The notes under the pieces were generated by a model. It was not told the origin of the DNA, ran no database searches, and was given only the letters and a program-made list of their open reading frames with translations. From an uncultured Candidatus Saccharibacteria bacterium (GTDB lineage Bacteria; Patescibacteriota; Minisyncoccia; Ryanbacterales; 2-02-FULL-48-12), in NCBI GenBank assembly GCA_964479945.1, contig CAYZNS010000004.1, positions 13,715 through 77,714 of the forward strand: a stretch of DNA of 64,000 nt, given 5' to 3'. A program made the translations under genes and the position numbers. Below are positions 37,189 through 46,037 of the stretch, one piece after another (within the stretch, counting starts at the first letter, position 1; each line of letters opens with the position of its first letter).

Positions 37189-38457
37189 TTATAAGGAAGA
37201 AACCACCGACTTCTGAAGAAACTCCTCCGGCTGCATAGTCTGCGTCTCCGCTTTCCCCCGCTCGCGCACGTTCACTGATCGTGCGCTTTTTTCTTTCTCG
37301 CCTACTACCAAAAGGTAGGGGATTTTTTGCATCTCTGCTTCGCGGATTTTTTTGCCGAGGGATTCATTGCGCGCGTCCAGTTCAACGCGGATATTGTTTT
37401 TTGTAAGTTCCTGCTCAACTTCTTTTGCATAATCCGCAACTTTTTCATTTATGGTGAGAATGCGCGCCTGCACGGGAGCAAGCCAGTAGGGAAGCGCGCC
37501 GCTGAAGTGTTCCAATAAAATGCCGATGAACCGTTCAAAAGAGCCGAAGATGGCGCGGTGAATTACCCACGGCATTTTTTTATTTCCGGCCTCATCTATA
37601 TACGAAAGATCAAATTGTTTCGGTAGCATTACCAAGTCAAGCTGGGCGGTGCCCATTTGCCAGTCGCGGCCCTGGGAATCTTCCATATGGACTTCAATTT
37701 TGGGACCGTAAAAGGCGCCTTCACCTTTATCAATGGTGTATGCCGTTTTTTGTCTTTGTAACGCTTGTTCCAGAGCATGCTCCGCTACATCCCACACTTT
37801 TTTTGCACCCAGCGCTTTTTTCGGCCGCGTGGCCAATACATAGCGGGGTGTGAATCCGAATGATCCGTAGAATTCTTCTATTATTTTCACTACGGTGGCA
37901 ATCTCATCTTCCACCTGATCGGGACGTACAAAAATATGCGCGTCGTCCATGGTAATCTGTCGTACGCGAAAGAGTCCGCCCAATGTGCCAGAGAGTTCAT
38001 TGCGGTTTAAGCGCCCGATTTCCGCAAGGCGCAAGGGAAGGTCTTTATAGCTTCGTACATCGGAGTTGTATAGGTAAGTAGATTCCGGGCAGTTCATCGG
38101 TTTTACCACCAGCGTTTCTTTTTTATCGCGCGGGTTTGTAAACCAGAACATGTTGTCGCGGTAAAAATCCCAGTGGCCGGATTTTTCAAAGACTTCTTTT
38201 TTTACCAGAATGGGCGTGCTGATTTCCTGATACCCGTTCTCGTCGTTTACGCGGCGGGCATAGCGCTCCAGCTCGCGGAAAACAATCATGCCTTTGTGAT
38301 GCCAAAACGGCGCCCCCGGCGCTATCTCATGGAATGAAAACAAATCCAGCGCTTGCCCCAGCGCTCTATGGTCATTCGGCGGGAGTTCTTTTGGTTCTTC
38401 AGCAGCTTTTTTCCTTGGCATGCGCTTTATCATACTATCAAAGCCGTTATGCTTCAA
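37189..38457 (-). CDS. thrS: threonyl-tRNA synthetase, catalytic plus anticodon-binding domains only
   Basis: class II motifs, DHRALGQALDLF, HWDFYRDNMF; 422 aa lacks N1/N2 editing region. Confidence 0.8.
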   Translation of the reverse strand: MKHNGFDSMIKRMPRKKAAEEPKELPPNDHRALGQALDLFSFHEIAPGAPFWHHKGMIVFRELERYARRVNDENGYQEISTPILVKKEVFEKSGHWDFYRDNMFWFTNPRDKKETLVVKPMNCPESTYLYNSDVRSYKDLPLRLAEIGRLNRNELSGTLGGLFRVRQITMDDAHIFVRPDQVEDEIATVVKIIEEFYGSFGFTPRYVLATRPKKALGAKKVWDVAEHALEQALQRQKTAYTIDKGEGAFYGPKIEVHMEDSQGRDWQMGTAQLDLVMLPKQFDLSYIDEAGNKKMPWVIHRAIFGSFERFIGILLEHFSGALPYWLAPVQARILTINEKVADYAKEVEQELTKNNIRVELDARNESLGKKIREAEMQKIPYLLVVGEKEKSARSVNVRERGKAETQTMQPEEFLQKSVVSSL

Positions 38458-41400
38458 GCTTCTTCACTGCATCCGCCACTATGGAAACCACGCCGTCCCG
38501 CTCGTTCGTTTTTCCTTTTATAAACACGCATGTATCCGGCTGCAGGAGATTGGCATATTTCTCCATGATGCGGGGGAATGCGATTGCCTCGATTTCATCC
38601 GTGAAATCCTGCAGCTTAAGGAACATCATAACCTCGCCTTTCTTGGTGAGGATTTTTTTTGCGTTGGTGATAAGTCCCGCGGTGGTAATAAGCGCCCCGG
38701 GCCGGAATGATTTTATGGTAGCTATTTTAGAACACGCTTTTGGGATTTTTGCACGGTAGTCGTCCAACGGATGTCCGGAGACATACAAACCTAGCAGTTC
38801 TTTCTCCCATGTAAGGCGCTCCATCGCGGTCGCAGGTACGGTCGTGTGCAGGCGAAGCGTCAAAGCGTTTGAATCGGGCAAGTCGCCAAACAGGGAAGTT
38901 TGGTTCCGTTCCCGCGTACGCGCGGCCTCGCGGTTGTATTCCAAAATGGCGTCTATGTTTTGCAGTACCTGATTTCGTTCTATCAAATCATCCAGCGTGC
39001 CGGACTTTACGAGCGCTTCCAGGGATTTCTTGTTAAGCTCGCGCGAGGGCATGCGATGCAGCAGATCGTCCAGCGAACCGAATAGTCCGCGCGCGGTACG
39101 CTCCGCAAGAATGGCTTCCACCGTATTGGAGCCCAAGTTTTTTATGGTATAGAGTCCGAAGCGTATGTTATCTGTCTCTCCTTTTATAATGGTAAAGTTT
39201 TTCTGCGAGGTGTTAATATCGGGCGGCAGCACGGGGATTCGCATGCGGCTGCATTCGGCGATTATTTCGGCAATTTTTTCTACGTCGCCCGCTTCCGCGG
39301 TAAGCACCGCGCACATATATTCGGCCGGATAATTTGCTTTCATGTATGCCGTCTGATACGCCACGCGCCCGTAGCAGGCCGCGTGCGCTTTATTGAAGCC
39401 ATACCCTTGGAACGGTTCAAACAATTGCCAGATGTGTTCCGCTTCTTCTTTTGTCATGCCGCTGTGAGTCTGACAGCCCGCGACGAATATTTCATGTTGC
39501 TTGGCCATCTCCGCCGGAATTTTTTTACCGACTGCCTTGCGGAATTTATCTACCGTTTCCCATGTGTAACCGGCAAGTTCCAGCGCTGTGAACAGCAGAT
39601 CATCCTGATACACCAAGATGCCGTAGGATTTTGCCAAAAAGTTTTCCGCCTTCGGATGAAAATAGGTAATGGGTTTACGGCCGTGCTTGCGCGCAATGTA
39701 CTCGGGGATGTTGCTCATGGGCCCCGGCCGGTAGAGCGCCACCATGGCATTTATGTCGTAGATGGTTGTTGGTTTTAATTCTTTGAGATAATTCGTCATC
39801 TGCTCGCCTCCCAACTGGAATAATCCTTCCGTCTCGCCGCGGGCAAGCAGGGCAAATGTCTTTGCGTCATCAAATGGTATTTGTTCTATTTCAATCTCAA
39901 CATTGCGATGCTTGCGGACCAATTGTACGGCATCTTCTAGAATGGCGAGGTTCCGGATGCCCAGGAAATCCAGTTTGGTAAGCCCCACGCCATCTTCTCC
40001 CACGGTGTACATGTCATATTGCGTGATGAGTTTGGTGTTTTCTTTGGGGTCGTATTGAATAGGCACATATTCCGCTAGCGGTTTGGGCGCTATGACCACG
40101 CCCGCCGCATGCACGGATACATGCCGCACGGTTCCTTCCAGTTTTTTTGCCACGTCAAGAATGTGTTTTACTTCCGCGTTGGTATTGTAAAGATTTTGCA
40201 ATTCTGTCTGCATTTCCATGGCGTGGTCAATGGTCATGGGAAACCCTTGCGACCCAAAAGGAACAAGTTTTGCAATAGTGTTTCCCATCTCATACGGTTT
40301 GCCCAATGCGCGGGCTACGTCCCGAATCGCGCCCCGTGCCATCATGGTGCCGAATGTGCCGATTTGCGCGACTTTATCTTCGCCATATTTTTCCTTGGCA
40401 TATGCTATCACTTCCTCACGGCGGTTATCGGCAAAGTCCATATCAATATCAGGCGCGGACGGACGGTAGGGATTCAAAAACCGCTCAAACGGGAGTTGGA
40501 ATTCCAGGGGGTTTACGTTGGTAATGCCGGAAAGGTACGCAACTAAAGATCCAGCCGCGGACCCGCGCACGGTGCTGTAGATGCCATGCTCTCGCGCGAA
40601 CCGTAGAAGATCAGCCACCACCAAAAAATACGGCGCGTAGTTTTTTTGGCGAATAATATCCAGTTCAAATAGCCGGCGTTCTTCCACTTCGGGCAATGCA
40701 TGCAATTTTTGTTCTTTGGCGCCCGCGCGGGTAAGTTCATCCAACATTTGATCTGCAGTCTTATCTGGTTCCAGGGGAAAATCGGGGAAAATAAACGTGC
40801 CAAGCCGCAGCGTTACATTGCATTGTTCGGCAATGCGTTCCGTGTTGGCGACTGCTTCCGGAATATCTTTAAATAATTCCAGCGCTTCTTCGGTTGATAT
40901 AAAATGATACTGCCCGTTGCCGTTGAATAGGGCGGTGTCTGCAACGTCGCTGTTCGTGGAGATTGCTATGAGCGTTTTATGCGCTTCCGTGTCGTCCTGA
41001 TGAAGATAATGGGAATCTTGCGTGGCTGCCAGCGGCACGCCGAGCTTGCGGGACAAATCTATCAGAGCGTTGCGCCATTCCTGAAAGTTTTCCACTTCCG
41101 GATGATGCATTATCTCTATGTAGTAACTGTCTTTGCCGAATATATCTTGGTGCTCGCGGATTATGGTTTCGGCGCGATCAATGGCGCCCGCTTGGATTGT
41201 CCGTGCGAGTTCGCCTGCCATACAGCCGGAAAGCGCTATAAGGCCGTCCGCATGCGCGTGCAGCAGATCTTTGTCCACTCGCGGCTTATAATAGTATCCC
41301 TCCACATGCGCCGCCGTGGTAAGCTTTATGAGATTTTGATACCCCGTATTGTTTTTGGCAAGGACGGTCAGATGATACCGTTTATTGTCAATGCCCGGCT

Positions 41401-41635
41401 CCTTGTCAAAACGCGTGCGGTTCGCAATGTAGAGCTCCACGCCGATGATGGGTTTTATGTCGTTCTTTACGCAGGTACTATAAAACTCGATGATGCCATA
41501 CATGGCGCCGTGATCAGTAAGGCCGATTGCTGGCATACCGTGCTGTTTTGCAAGCGCCACCATGTCCTTAACTTTAGAGAGACCGTCAAGGAGAGAGTAG
41601 TGAGAATGGGTGTGCAGGTGAATAAAAGATGCCAT
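38447..41635 (-). CDS. dnaE: DNA polymerase III alpha subunit
   Basis: PHP domain HLHTHSHYSLLDG, palm/fingers, 1062 aa. Confidence 0.95.
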   Translation of the reverse strand: MASFIHLHTHSHYSLLDGLSKVKDMVALAKQHGMPAIGLTDHGAMYGIIEFYSTCVKNDIKPIIGVELYIANRTRFDKEPGIDNKRYHLTVLAKNNTGYQNLIKLTTAAHVEGYYYKPRVDKDLLHAHADGLIALSGCMAGELARTIQAGAIDRAETIIREHQDIFGKDSYYIEIMHHPEVENFQEWRNALIDLSRKLGVPLAATQDSHYLHQDDTEAHKTLIAISTNSDVADTALFNGNGQYHFISTEEALELFKDIPEAVANTERIAEQCNVTLRLGTFIFPDFPLEPDKTADQMLDELTRAGAKEQKLHALPEVEERRLFELDIIRQKNYAPYFLVVADLLRFAREHGIYSTVRGSAAGSLVAYLSGITNVNPLEFQLPFERFLNPYRPSAPDIDMDFADNRREEVIAYAKEKYGEDKVAQIGTFGTMMARGAIRDVARALGKPYEMGNTIAKLVPFGSQGFPMTIDHAMEMQTELQNLYNTNAEVKHILDVAKKLEGTVRHVSVHAAGVVIAPKPLAEYVPIQYDPKENTKLITQYDMYTVGEDGVGLTKLDFLGIRNLAILEDAVQLVRKHRNVEIEIEQIPFDDAKTFALLARGETEGLFQLGGEQMTNYLKELKPTTIYDINAMVALYRPGPMSNIPEYIARKHGRKPITYFHPKAENFLAKSYGILVYQDDLLFTALELAGYTWETVDKFRKAVGKKIPAEMAKQHEIFVAGCQTHSGMTKEEAEHIWQLFEPFQGYGFNKAHAACYGRVAYQTAYMKANYPAEYMCAVLTAEAGDVEKIAEIIAECSRMRIPVLPPDINTSQKNFTIIKGETDNIRFGLYTIKNLGSNTVEAILAERTARGLFGSLDDLLHRMPSRELNKKSLEALVKSGTLDDLIERNQVLQNIDAILEYNREAARTRERNQTSLFGDLPDSNALTLRLHTTVPATAMERLTWEKELLGLYVSGHPLDDYRAKIPKACSKIATIKSFRPGALITTAGLITNAKKILTKKGEVMMFLKLQDFTDEIEAIAFPRIMEKYANLLQPDTCVFIKGKTNERDGVVSIVADAVKKLEA

Positions 41636-41680
41636 AAGGAAAATTATAGCAGTATTTATGCAAATTCAAAGTTAAAACAA

Positions 41681-41704
41681 ATATCCCGCTGAAAGCGGGA
41701 TACC
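41681..41704 (-). terminator. GC hairpin terminator (ATCCCGC-tttcag-GCGGGAT family)
   Basis: stem-loop with A/T flanks downstream of prfA on the minus strand. Confidence 0.5.
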
Positions 41705-41736
41705 AAAATTTTGCATTTTGATTTTTAAATTTTGAA

Positions 41737-42456
41737 TTATTTTCTGAACGCCTTCACAATCTTCCCGAAATCGCCGGCGAGAATGTTTTCAATGTTATGC
41801 CAATTTTTTTTGATGCGGTGGTCGGTAATGCGGTCTTGTAGAAAATTATAGGTGCGGATTTTCTCGGAGCGGTCTCCGGTGCCGATTTGTTCTTTGCGCG
41901 CCTGCGCTACGTTGCCGTATTTTTGCTCATGTTCCATGTCGTATAATTTTGCGCGTAGAATGCCAAGTGCTCGCTCGCGGTTTTGCTGTTGCGAACGCTC
42001 GGCCTGGGAGCGGACCACAATACCGGTAGGTTTATGAAGTATACGCACGGCCGTTTCTACTTTGTTCACATTCTGCCCGCCGGCGCCGCCCGCGCGCGAA
42101 AACGTAACTTCAAGCTCATCGGACTTGAGTTCAACTTCGGATGCTTCCACTTCCGGCAATACCGCCACAGAGACGGTGGACGTATGGATGCGCCCGGACT
42201 TTTCGGTTTTGGGAACGCGCTGCACCCGGTGTACGCCGGATTCCTGCCGGTAGTCTTCAAAAGCGTCTTCGCCGCGAATGCTGAAAATAAGCTCGCGGAT
42301 GCCGCCCAAATCGTTTGCCGATTCATCCAGCGCCGCCGCGCGCCAGCCGCGCTGCTGGGCATAGCGGATGTACATATCGGCAAGCGTGCGCGCAAACAGG
42401 GCGGCCTCCAAACCACCTGCCCCTGCGCGGATTTCTATAATGATGGCGTCCCTCAT
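41737..42456 (-). CDS. prfA: peptide chain release factor 1 lacking N-terminal domain 1
   Basis: PKT tripeptide and GGQ motif; start ATG overlaps the rpmE stop in TAATG; a longer in-frame ORF upstream would run antisense-frame through rpmE. Confidence 0.7.
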   Translation of the reverse strand: MRDAIIIEIRAGAGGLEAALFARTLADMYIRYAQQRGWRAAALDESANDLGGIRELIFSIRGEDAFEDYRQESGVHRVQRVPKTEKSGRIHTSTVSVAVLPEVEASEVELKSDELEVTFSRAGGAGGQNVNKVETAVRILHKPTGIVVRSQAERSQQQNRERALGILRAKLYDMEHEQKYGNVAQARKEQIGTGDRSEKIRTYNFLQDRITDHRIKKNWHNIENILAGDFGKIVKAFRK

Positions 42457-42701
42457 TATTTTCTCGTTTTCCCGGCTTTCTTCTTGGGCGCCGCTTTCTT
42501 TGCTTTTGCCACTCGCGCCTTGAATTTCTCTACGCGGCCGGCCGTATCCACCAGCTTTTCCTTGCCGGTGTAGAAAGGGTGGCACGCGCTGCAAATTTCC
42601 ACCGTCATATCTTTTTTGACAGCGCCCGTGCGTATAATATTCCCGCATGCGCAGGTTATTTTTGCATCCGCAAAGTACGTAGGATGAATATCCGTTTTCA
42701 T
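42456..42701 (-). CDS. rpmE: 50S ribosomal protein L31
   Basis: MKTDIHP…CxC…[11 protein letters not shown]…[10 protein letters not shown]. Confidence 0.9.
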   Translation of the reverse strand: MKTDIHPTYFADAKITCACGNIIRTGAVKKDMTVEICSACHPFYTGKEKLVDTAGRVEKFKARVAKAKKAAPKKKAGKTRK

Positions 42702-42732
42702 AGTGGATATACTATACTATAATTAGAACTAT

Positions 42733-43608
42733 ATGCAAGATGTTGATGCTAATAGGTATAAAAGCGGGTTTTCGGTAATAGAGCTTTTAGTGGTTATTGC
42801 GATCATCGGTATATTGTCGAGTATTGTGCTTGTCTCGCTTCGCACTTCGCGCGAAAGCGCGCGCGTGGCAAGTATTATTGAACACGCTTGGTCTTTGCAC
42901 ACCCTGCTGAACGTGAATTGTATCGCGGGATGGGATTTTGAAGGAGTTGCAGGTGTTACCGTGCCGGATGAATGCGGCGGGTATAACGGCACCATAAACG
43001 GCGCTACGGTGTCAACAGACGGCGTTAATAAGGGCGCGGCGCTGGCATTTGACGGTGTGGACGATTATGTTGATCTCGGTGTAATTGATATTGACGCTGA
43101 TGGGCCAGGTGAGGACGGCATGACGATAAGCGCATGGTTCAAAGCGGACGCGTGGACGAACGGCATTTATCACGATGGGCGCATTATTGAAAAATCCTGG
43201 AACCATTACAACAACGGCATATTCTGGATGCTCAGCACAATTGCCGTTGGCAGCGATACCCGCTTGCGGTTCCGTCTGAAAACGGGTGGCGTTACGGACG
43301 TACTCATTGCGGACAGAGGCAACCTGGATCTGGACCGCTGGTACTTTGCGGTTGCTACATACAACGGCAGCGAGATGAAGCTTTATCTAGACGGTCAGCT
43401 CGTCGGCAGTATGGCAAAGACGGGTATCGTTGATAAAGACAGCAATTATCCGGCGTTTATCGGAAACAGTTCCGACTTGGTGCGTCCCTGGTCCGGTCTC
43501 ATTGATGATGTGCGGATATATGCGGAAGCCGCACCCTTGGCCGCTATACAACATTGGTATGCTCGAGGCATAAGGGAACGCATGCTTGCGCGCGCCGGTT
43601 CGCTATGA
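42733..43608 (+). CDS. type IV pilin-like protein with LamG/concanavalin-like domain
   Basis: prepilin leader GFSVIELLVVIAIIGIL; LamG-like DGVDDYVDLG…ISAWFKADAW…LYLDGQLVGS. Confidence 0.75.
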   Translation: MQDVDANRYKSGFSVIELLVVIAIIGILSSIVLVSLRTSRESARVASIIEHAWSLHTLLNVNCIAGWDFEGVAGVTVPDECGGYNGTINGATVSTDGVNKGAALAFDGVDDYVDLGVIDIDADGPGEDGMTISAWFKADAWTNGIYHDGRIIEKSWNHYNNGIFWMLSTIAVGSDTRLRFRLKTGGVTDVLIADRGNLDLDRWYFAVATYNGSEMKLYLDGQLVGSMAKTGIVDKDSNYPAFIGNSSDLVRPWSGLIDDVRIYAEAAPLAAIQHWYARGIRERMLARAGSL

Positions 43609-43621
43609 TAGTATATATTGT

Positions 43622-44365
43622 ATGGCAGAAACCGCAACTATGAAAGAAATTCTGACTCCTTCTGCGGAGGTAAACCCCGAAATACTTGCTATGTACCATG
43701 CGGGGATGCATTTTGGGTATTCAAAAACGCAGCGGCACCCCGGCATGCGGCCTTATATTTTCGGCACGAAAAACAACATTGAAGTTTTTGATTTGTATAA
43801 AGTCCTGCCAAAGCTTGATGAGACGTTGGAGGGCATACGCGCGTTAGGGGAGCAGGCCAAGATGATGCTCCTTGTCGGCACCAAGGCATCGGCAAAGGAC
43901 GCCGTACGCGCCGCCGCGGAAGATTTAGGGATGCCCTATGTAACGGAGCGGTGGATCGGCGGCACGCTTACGAATTTTAAGGTCATATCGGAACGCGTAC
44001 AATATTGGCAGGAATTAAAGCGCCAGAAAGAAGCGGGAGAGCTTAAAAAATATACCAAGCATGAACAGACCAAGCTTGCGCAGCACATAGAAAGATTGGA
44101 ATATATGTTTAAGGGTCTGGAAGGCATGAAGCGCCTGCCTCATGCATTGGCGGTTATAGATTTAAAGGAAGAAGCGCTGGCTGTACGCGAGGCGCGGCGC
44201 CGTGAAATTCCCGTTGTGGCGCTATCCAATACCGATACGGATCCATCGCTGGCAACGCATATTATTCCCGGCAACGACAATGCAAAGGCAAGCATAACGT
44301 ATGCCCTGAACCGCATGGTAACCGCATATAAAGAAGGGAAAGCGATACAGCCTGCGCTACATTAA
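43622..44365 (+). CDS. rpsB: 30S ribosomal protein S2
   Basis: HFGYSKTQRHPGMRPYIFG…LLVGTK…; ATG at 43622 chosen (the track ORF begins at an upstream TTG). Confidence 0.85.
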   Translation: MAETATMKEILTPSAEVNPEILAMYHAGMHFGYSKTQRHPGMRPYIFGTKNNIEVFDLYKVLPKLDETLEGIRALGEQAKMMLLVGTKASAKDAVRAAAEDLGMPYVTERWIGGTLTNFKVISERVQYWQELKRQKEAGELKKYTKHEQTKLAQHIERLEYMFKGLEGMKRLPHALAVIDLKEEALAVREARRREIPVVALSNTDTDPSLATHIIPGNDNAKASITYALNRMVTAYKEGKAIQPALH

Positions 44366-44367
44366 TT

Positions 44368-44820
44368 ATGGCAGTAGAAGTATCAGTATTAAAACAATTG
44401 CGCGAGCGGACGGACGCTTCGGTGGGCGCTTGCAAGGATGCGCTGGAGAAGGCGCAAGGGGATATTGACAAAGCGGCAGAATTATTACGCAGCGAAGGCA
44501 GCCGAATTGCCGAGAAAAAATCCGCGCGGGAAACCGGCATCGGCATCGTAGAAGCGTACGTGCACACCACGCAGCGCTTGGGCGCCTTGTTGGAATTGCG
44601 CTCCGAGACGGATTTCGTCGCCCGCAATGCGGAGTTTCAGAAATTGGCGCATAACATTGCCATGCATGTTACCGCCGCTGGTCCGCAAAACGTGGAAGAA
44701 CTGCTTGCCCAACCCTATATCCGCGATGAAAGCAAAACCATTCAGGATGTTGTAAACGAATCCATTGCGCGGTTTGGAGAAAATATACAGATAGCGCGGT
44801 TCAGCCGGTTTGAAATTTAA
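44368..44820 (+). CDS. tsf: elongation factor Ts, short form
   Basis: VKQLRERTDASVGACKDAL UBA-like N-terminus plus dimerisation core; 150 aa. Confidence 0.8.
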   Translation: MAVEVSVLKQLRERTDASVGACKDALEKAQGDIDKAAELLRSEGSRIAEKKSARETGIGIVEAYVHTTQRLGALLELRSETDFVARNAEFQKLAHNIAMHVTAAGPQNVEELLAQPYIRDESKTIQDVVNESIARFGENIQIARFSRFEI

Positions 44821-44884
44821 ATAAAAAGGGGGGACTCACAACTTGTAATCAGTAACGAGAAAACGCATCCGAAAAATAAAACAT

Positions 44885-45277
44885 ATGCTACTAGGAACTG
44901 CCATCACTATAGCCGCCTTGAGTCTTATGGGAATATGCGTCCTCTACTTGCGGCATGTTCCCGCCGTTGCCCGTATGACGCCGGAAGAGCTTGCCGGCGT
45001 GTTGCAGCGGGAACGGCCCTTGCTTACGCAGGCATTGTATAATGCACGGGGGGTATCAAGGAAAATTTGGCACCAGTATCTGCGCGCAAGAATACTTACA
45101 TTCCTGGTAAGAAAGATTTATCAGGTTCGGATTGTGATATTGCGTACAGAGCAGGCGTTGTTTCGTGCCGCCCGGGGGTTGCGGAAACGTTCACAAACTA
45201 ATCAGCCGCCTTCGGATTATTGGCAGGACATCCACGGCTGGCGTAAAACCGTGCATTGGCGAAAGAAAGAGGAGTGA
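44885..45277 (+). CDS. hypothetical membrane-anchored basic protein
   Basis: N-terminal TM helix, Arg/Lys-rich remainder. Confidence 0.4.
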   Translation: MLLGTAITIAALSLMGICVLYLRHVPAVARMTPEELAGVLQRERPLLTQALYNARGVSRKIWHQYLRARILTFLVRKIYQVRIVILRTEQALFRAARGLRKRSQTNQPPSDYWQDIHGWRKTVHWRKKEE

Positions 45278-45284
45278 TCTGCTC

Positions 45285-45481
45285 GCCACCTTAGCTCAGC
45301 GGCAGAGTCCCGTCTACATTGACTATTGTGGTAAGCCGAAGTAGCTCAGCGGTAGAGCAACTGTTTTGTAAACAGTAGGTCGCGAGTTCGAATCTCGCCT
45401 TCGGCTCATTATTCGGCTTACCACATAATGAATGTTGACGGGATAAAGCATGTGTCCTCGGTTCGAATCCGAGAGGTGGCT
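45285..45481 (+). tRNA. tRNA-like gene interrupted between anticodon-stem halves by a 116-nt insert
   Basis: 5' half GCCACCT-TA-GCTC-AGCGGCA-GAGT-C-CCGTC and 3' half GACGG…CTCGG-TTCGAAT-CCGAG-AGGTGGC-T pair as acceptor/D/T arms; TTGAC direct repeat at both junctions; no canonical anticodon loop reconstructable. Confidence 0.45.
45335..45406 (+). tRNA. tRNA-Thr (anticodon TGT) nested inside the interrupted tRNA-like gene
   Basis: GCCGAAG-TA-GCTC-AGCGGTA-GAGC-A-ACTGT-TTTGTAA-ACAGT-AGGTC-GCGAG-TTCGAAT-CTCGC-CTTCGGC-T. Confidence 0.8.
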
Positions 45482-45510
45482 CTTCTCATTATTAATTAAT
45501 TTTTAAAAAA

Positions 45511-46026
45511 ATGATCAAAATAGGAGAATCCGCGCCAGACTTTAAGTTGAAAGGATATTTCAACGGCAAGTTCAAAGAATACGCGCTGAAAGATTATAAG
45601 AACAAATGGGTAGTGATATTTTTCTATCCGCTGGATTTTACGTTCGTCTGCCCCACGGAAATTAAGGAGTTTTCGGCAAAGTACGCAAATTTCAAGAAAT
45701 TGAACGCGGAAGTGGTCGGCGTGTCCGTTGACTCGGAACACTCGCACAAGGCATGGGTGGAAGGGCCGCTCGGCAAAATTAATTTTCCGCTGCTGTCGGA
45801 CTTTCACAAACGCATGGCGGAGGATTACGAAGTGCTTATTGAAGATGAAGGCACTGCGTTGCGGGGGACATTCATCATTGATCCATATGGGAAACTGAAG
45901 TACGCAGTACTATCTCATAACGATGTCGGCCGTTCCGTTGACGAGACGCTTCGCGTGCTCGCCGCGCTCCAGACCGGAAAGCTCTGCCCCGTAGAATGGA
46001 AACCCGGGGAGAAGACATTAAACTAA
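45511..46026 (+). CDS. peroxiredoxin (AhpC/TSA family)
   Basis: peroxidatic Cys motif FYPLDFTFVCPTEI. Confidence 0.85.
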   Translation: MIKIGESAPDFKLKGYFNGKFKEYALKDYKNKWVVIFFYPLDFTFVCPTEIKEFSAKYANFKKLNAEVVGVSVDSEHSHKAWVEGPLGKINFPLLSDFHKRMAEDYEVLIEDEGTALRGTFIIDPYGKLKYAVLSHNDVGRSVDETLRVLAALQTGKLCPVEWKPGEKTLN

Positions 46027-46037
46027 GCAAAGCAGAC

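Noticed and set aside
41737-42648. 303-aa version of the release-factor ORF starting at 42648
   Set aside because: Its first 64 codons overlap rpmE (a confident L31 gene) in another frame and do not resemble RF1 domain 1. The internal ATG forms a TAATG junction with the rpmE stop.
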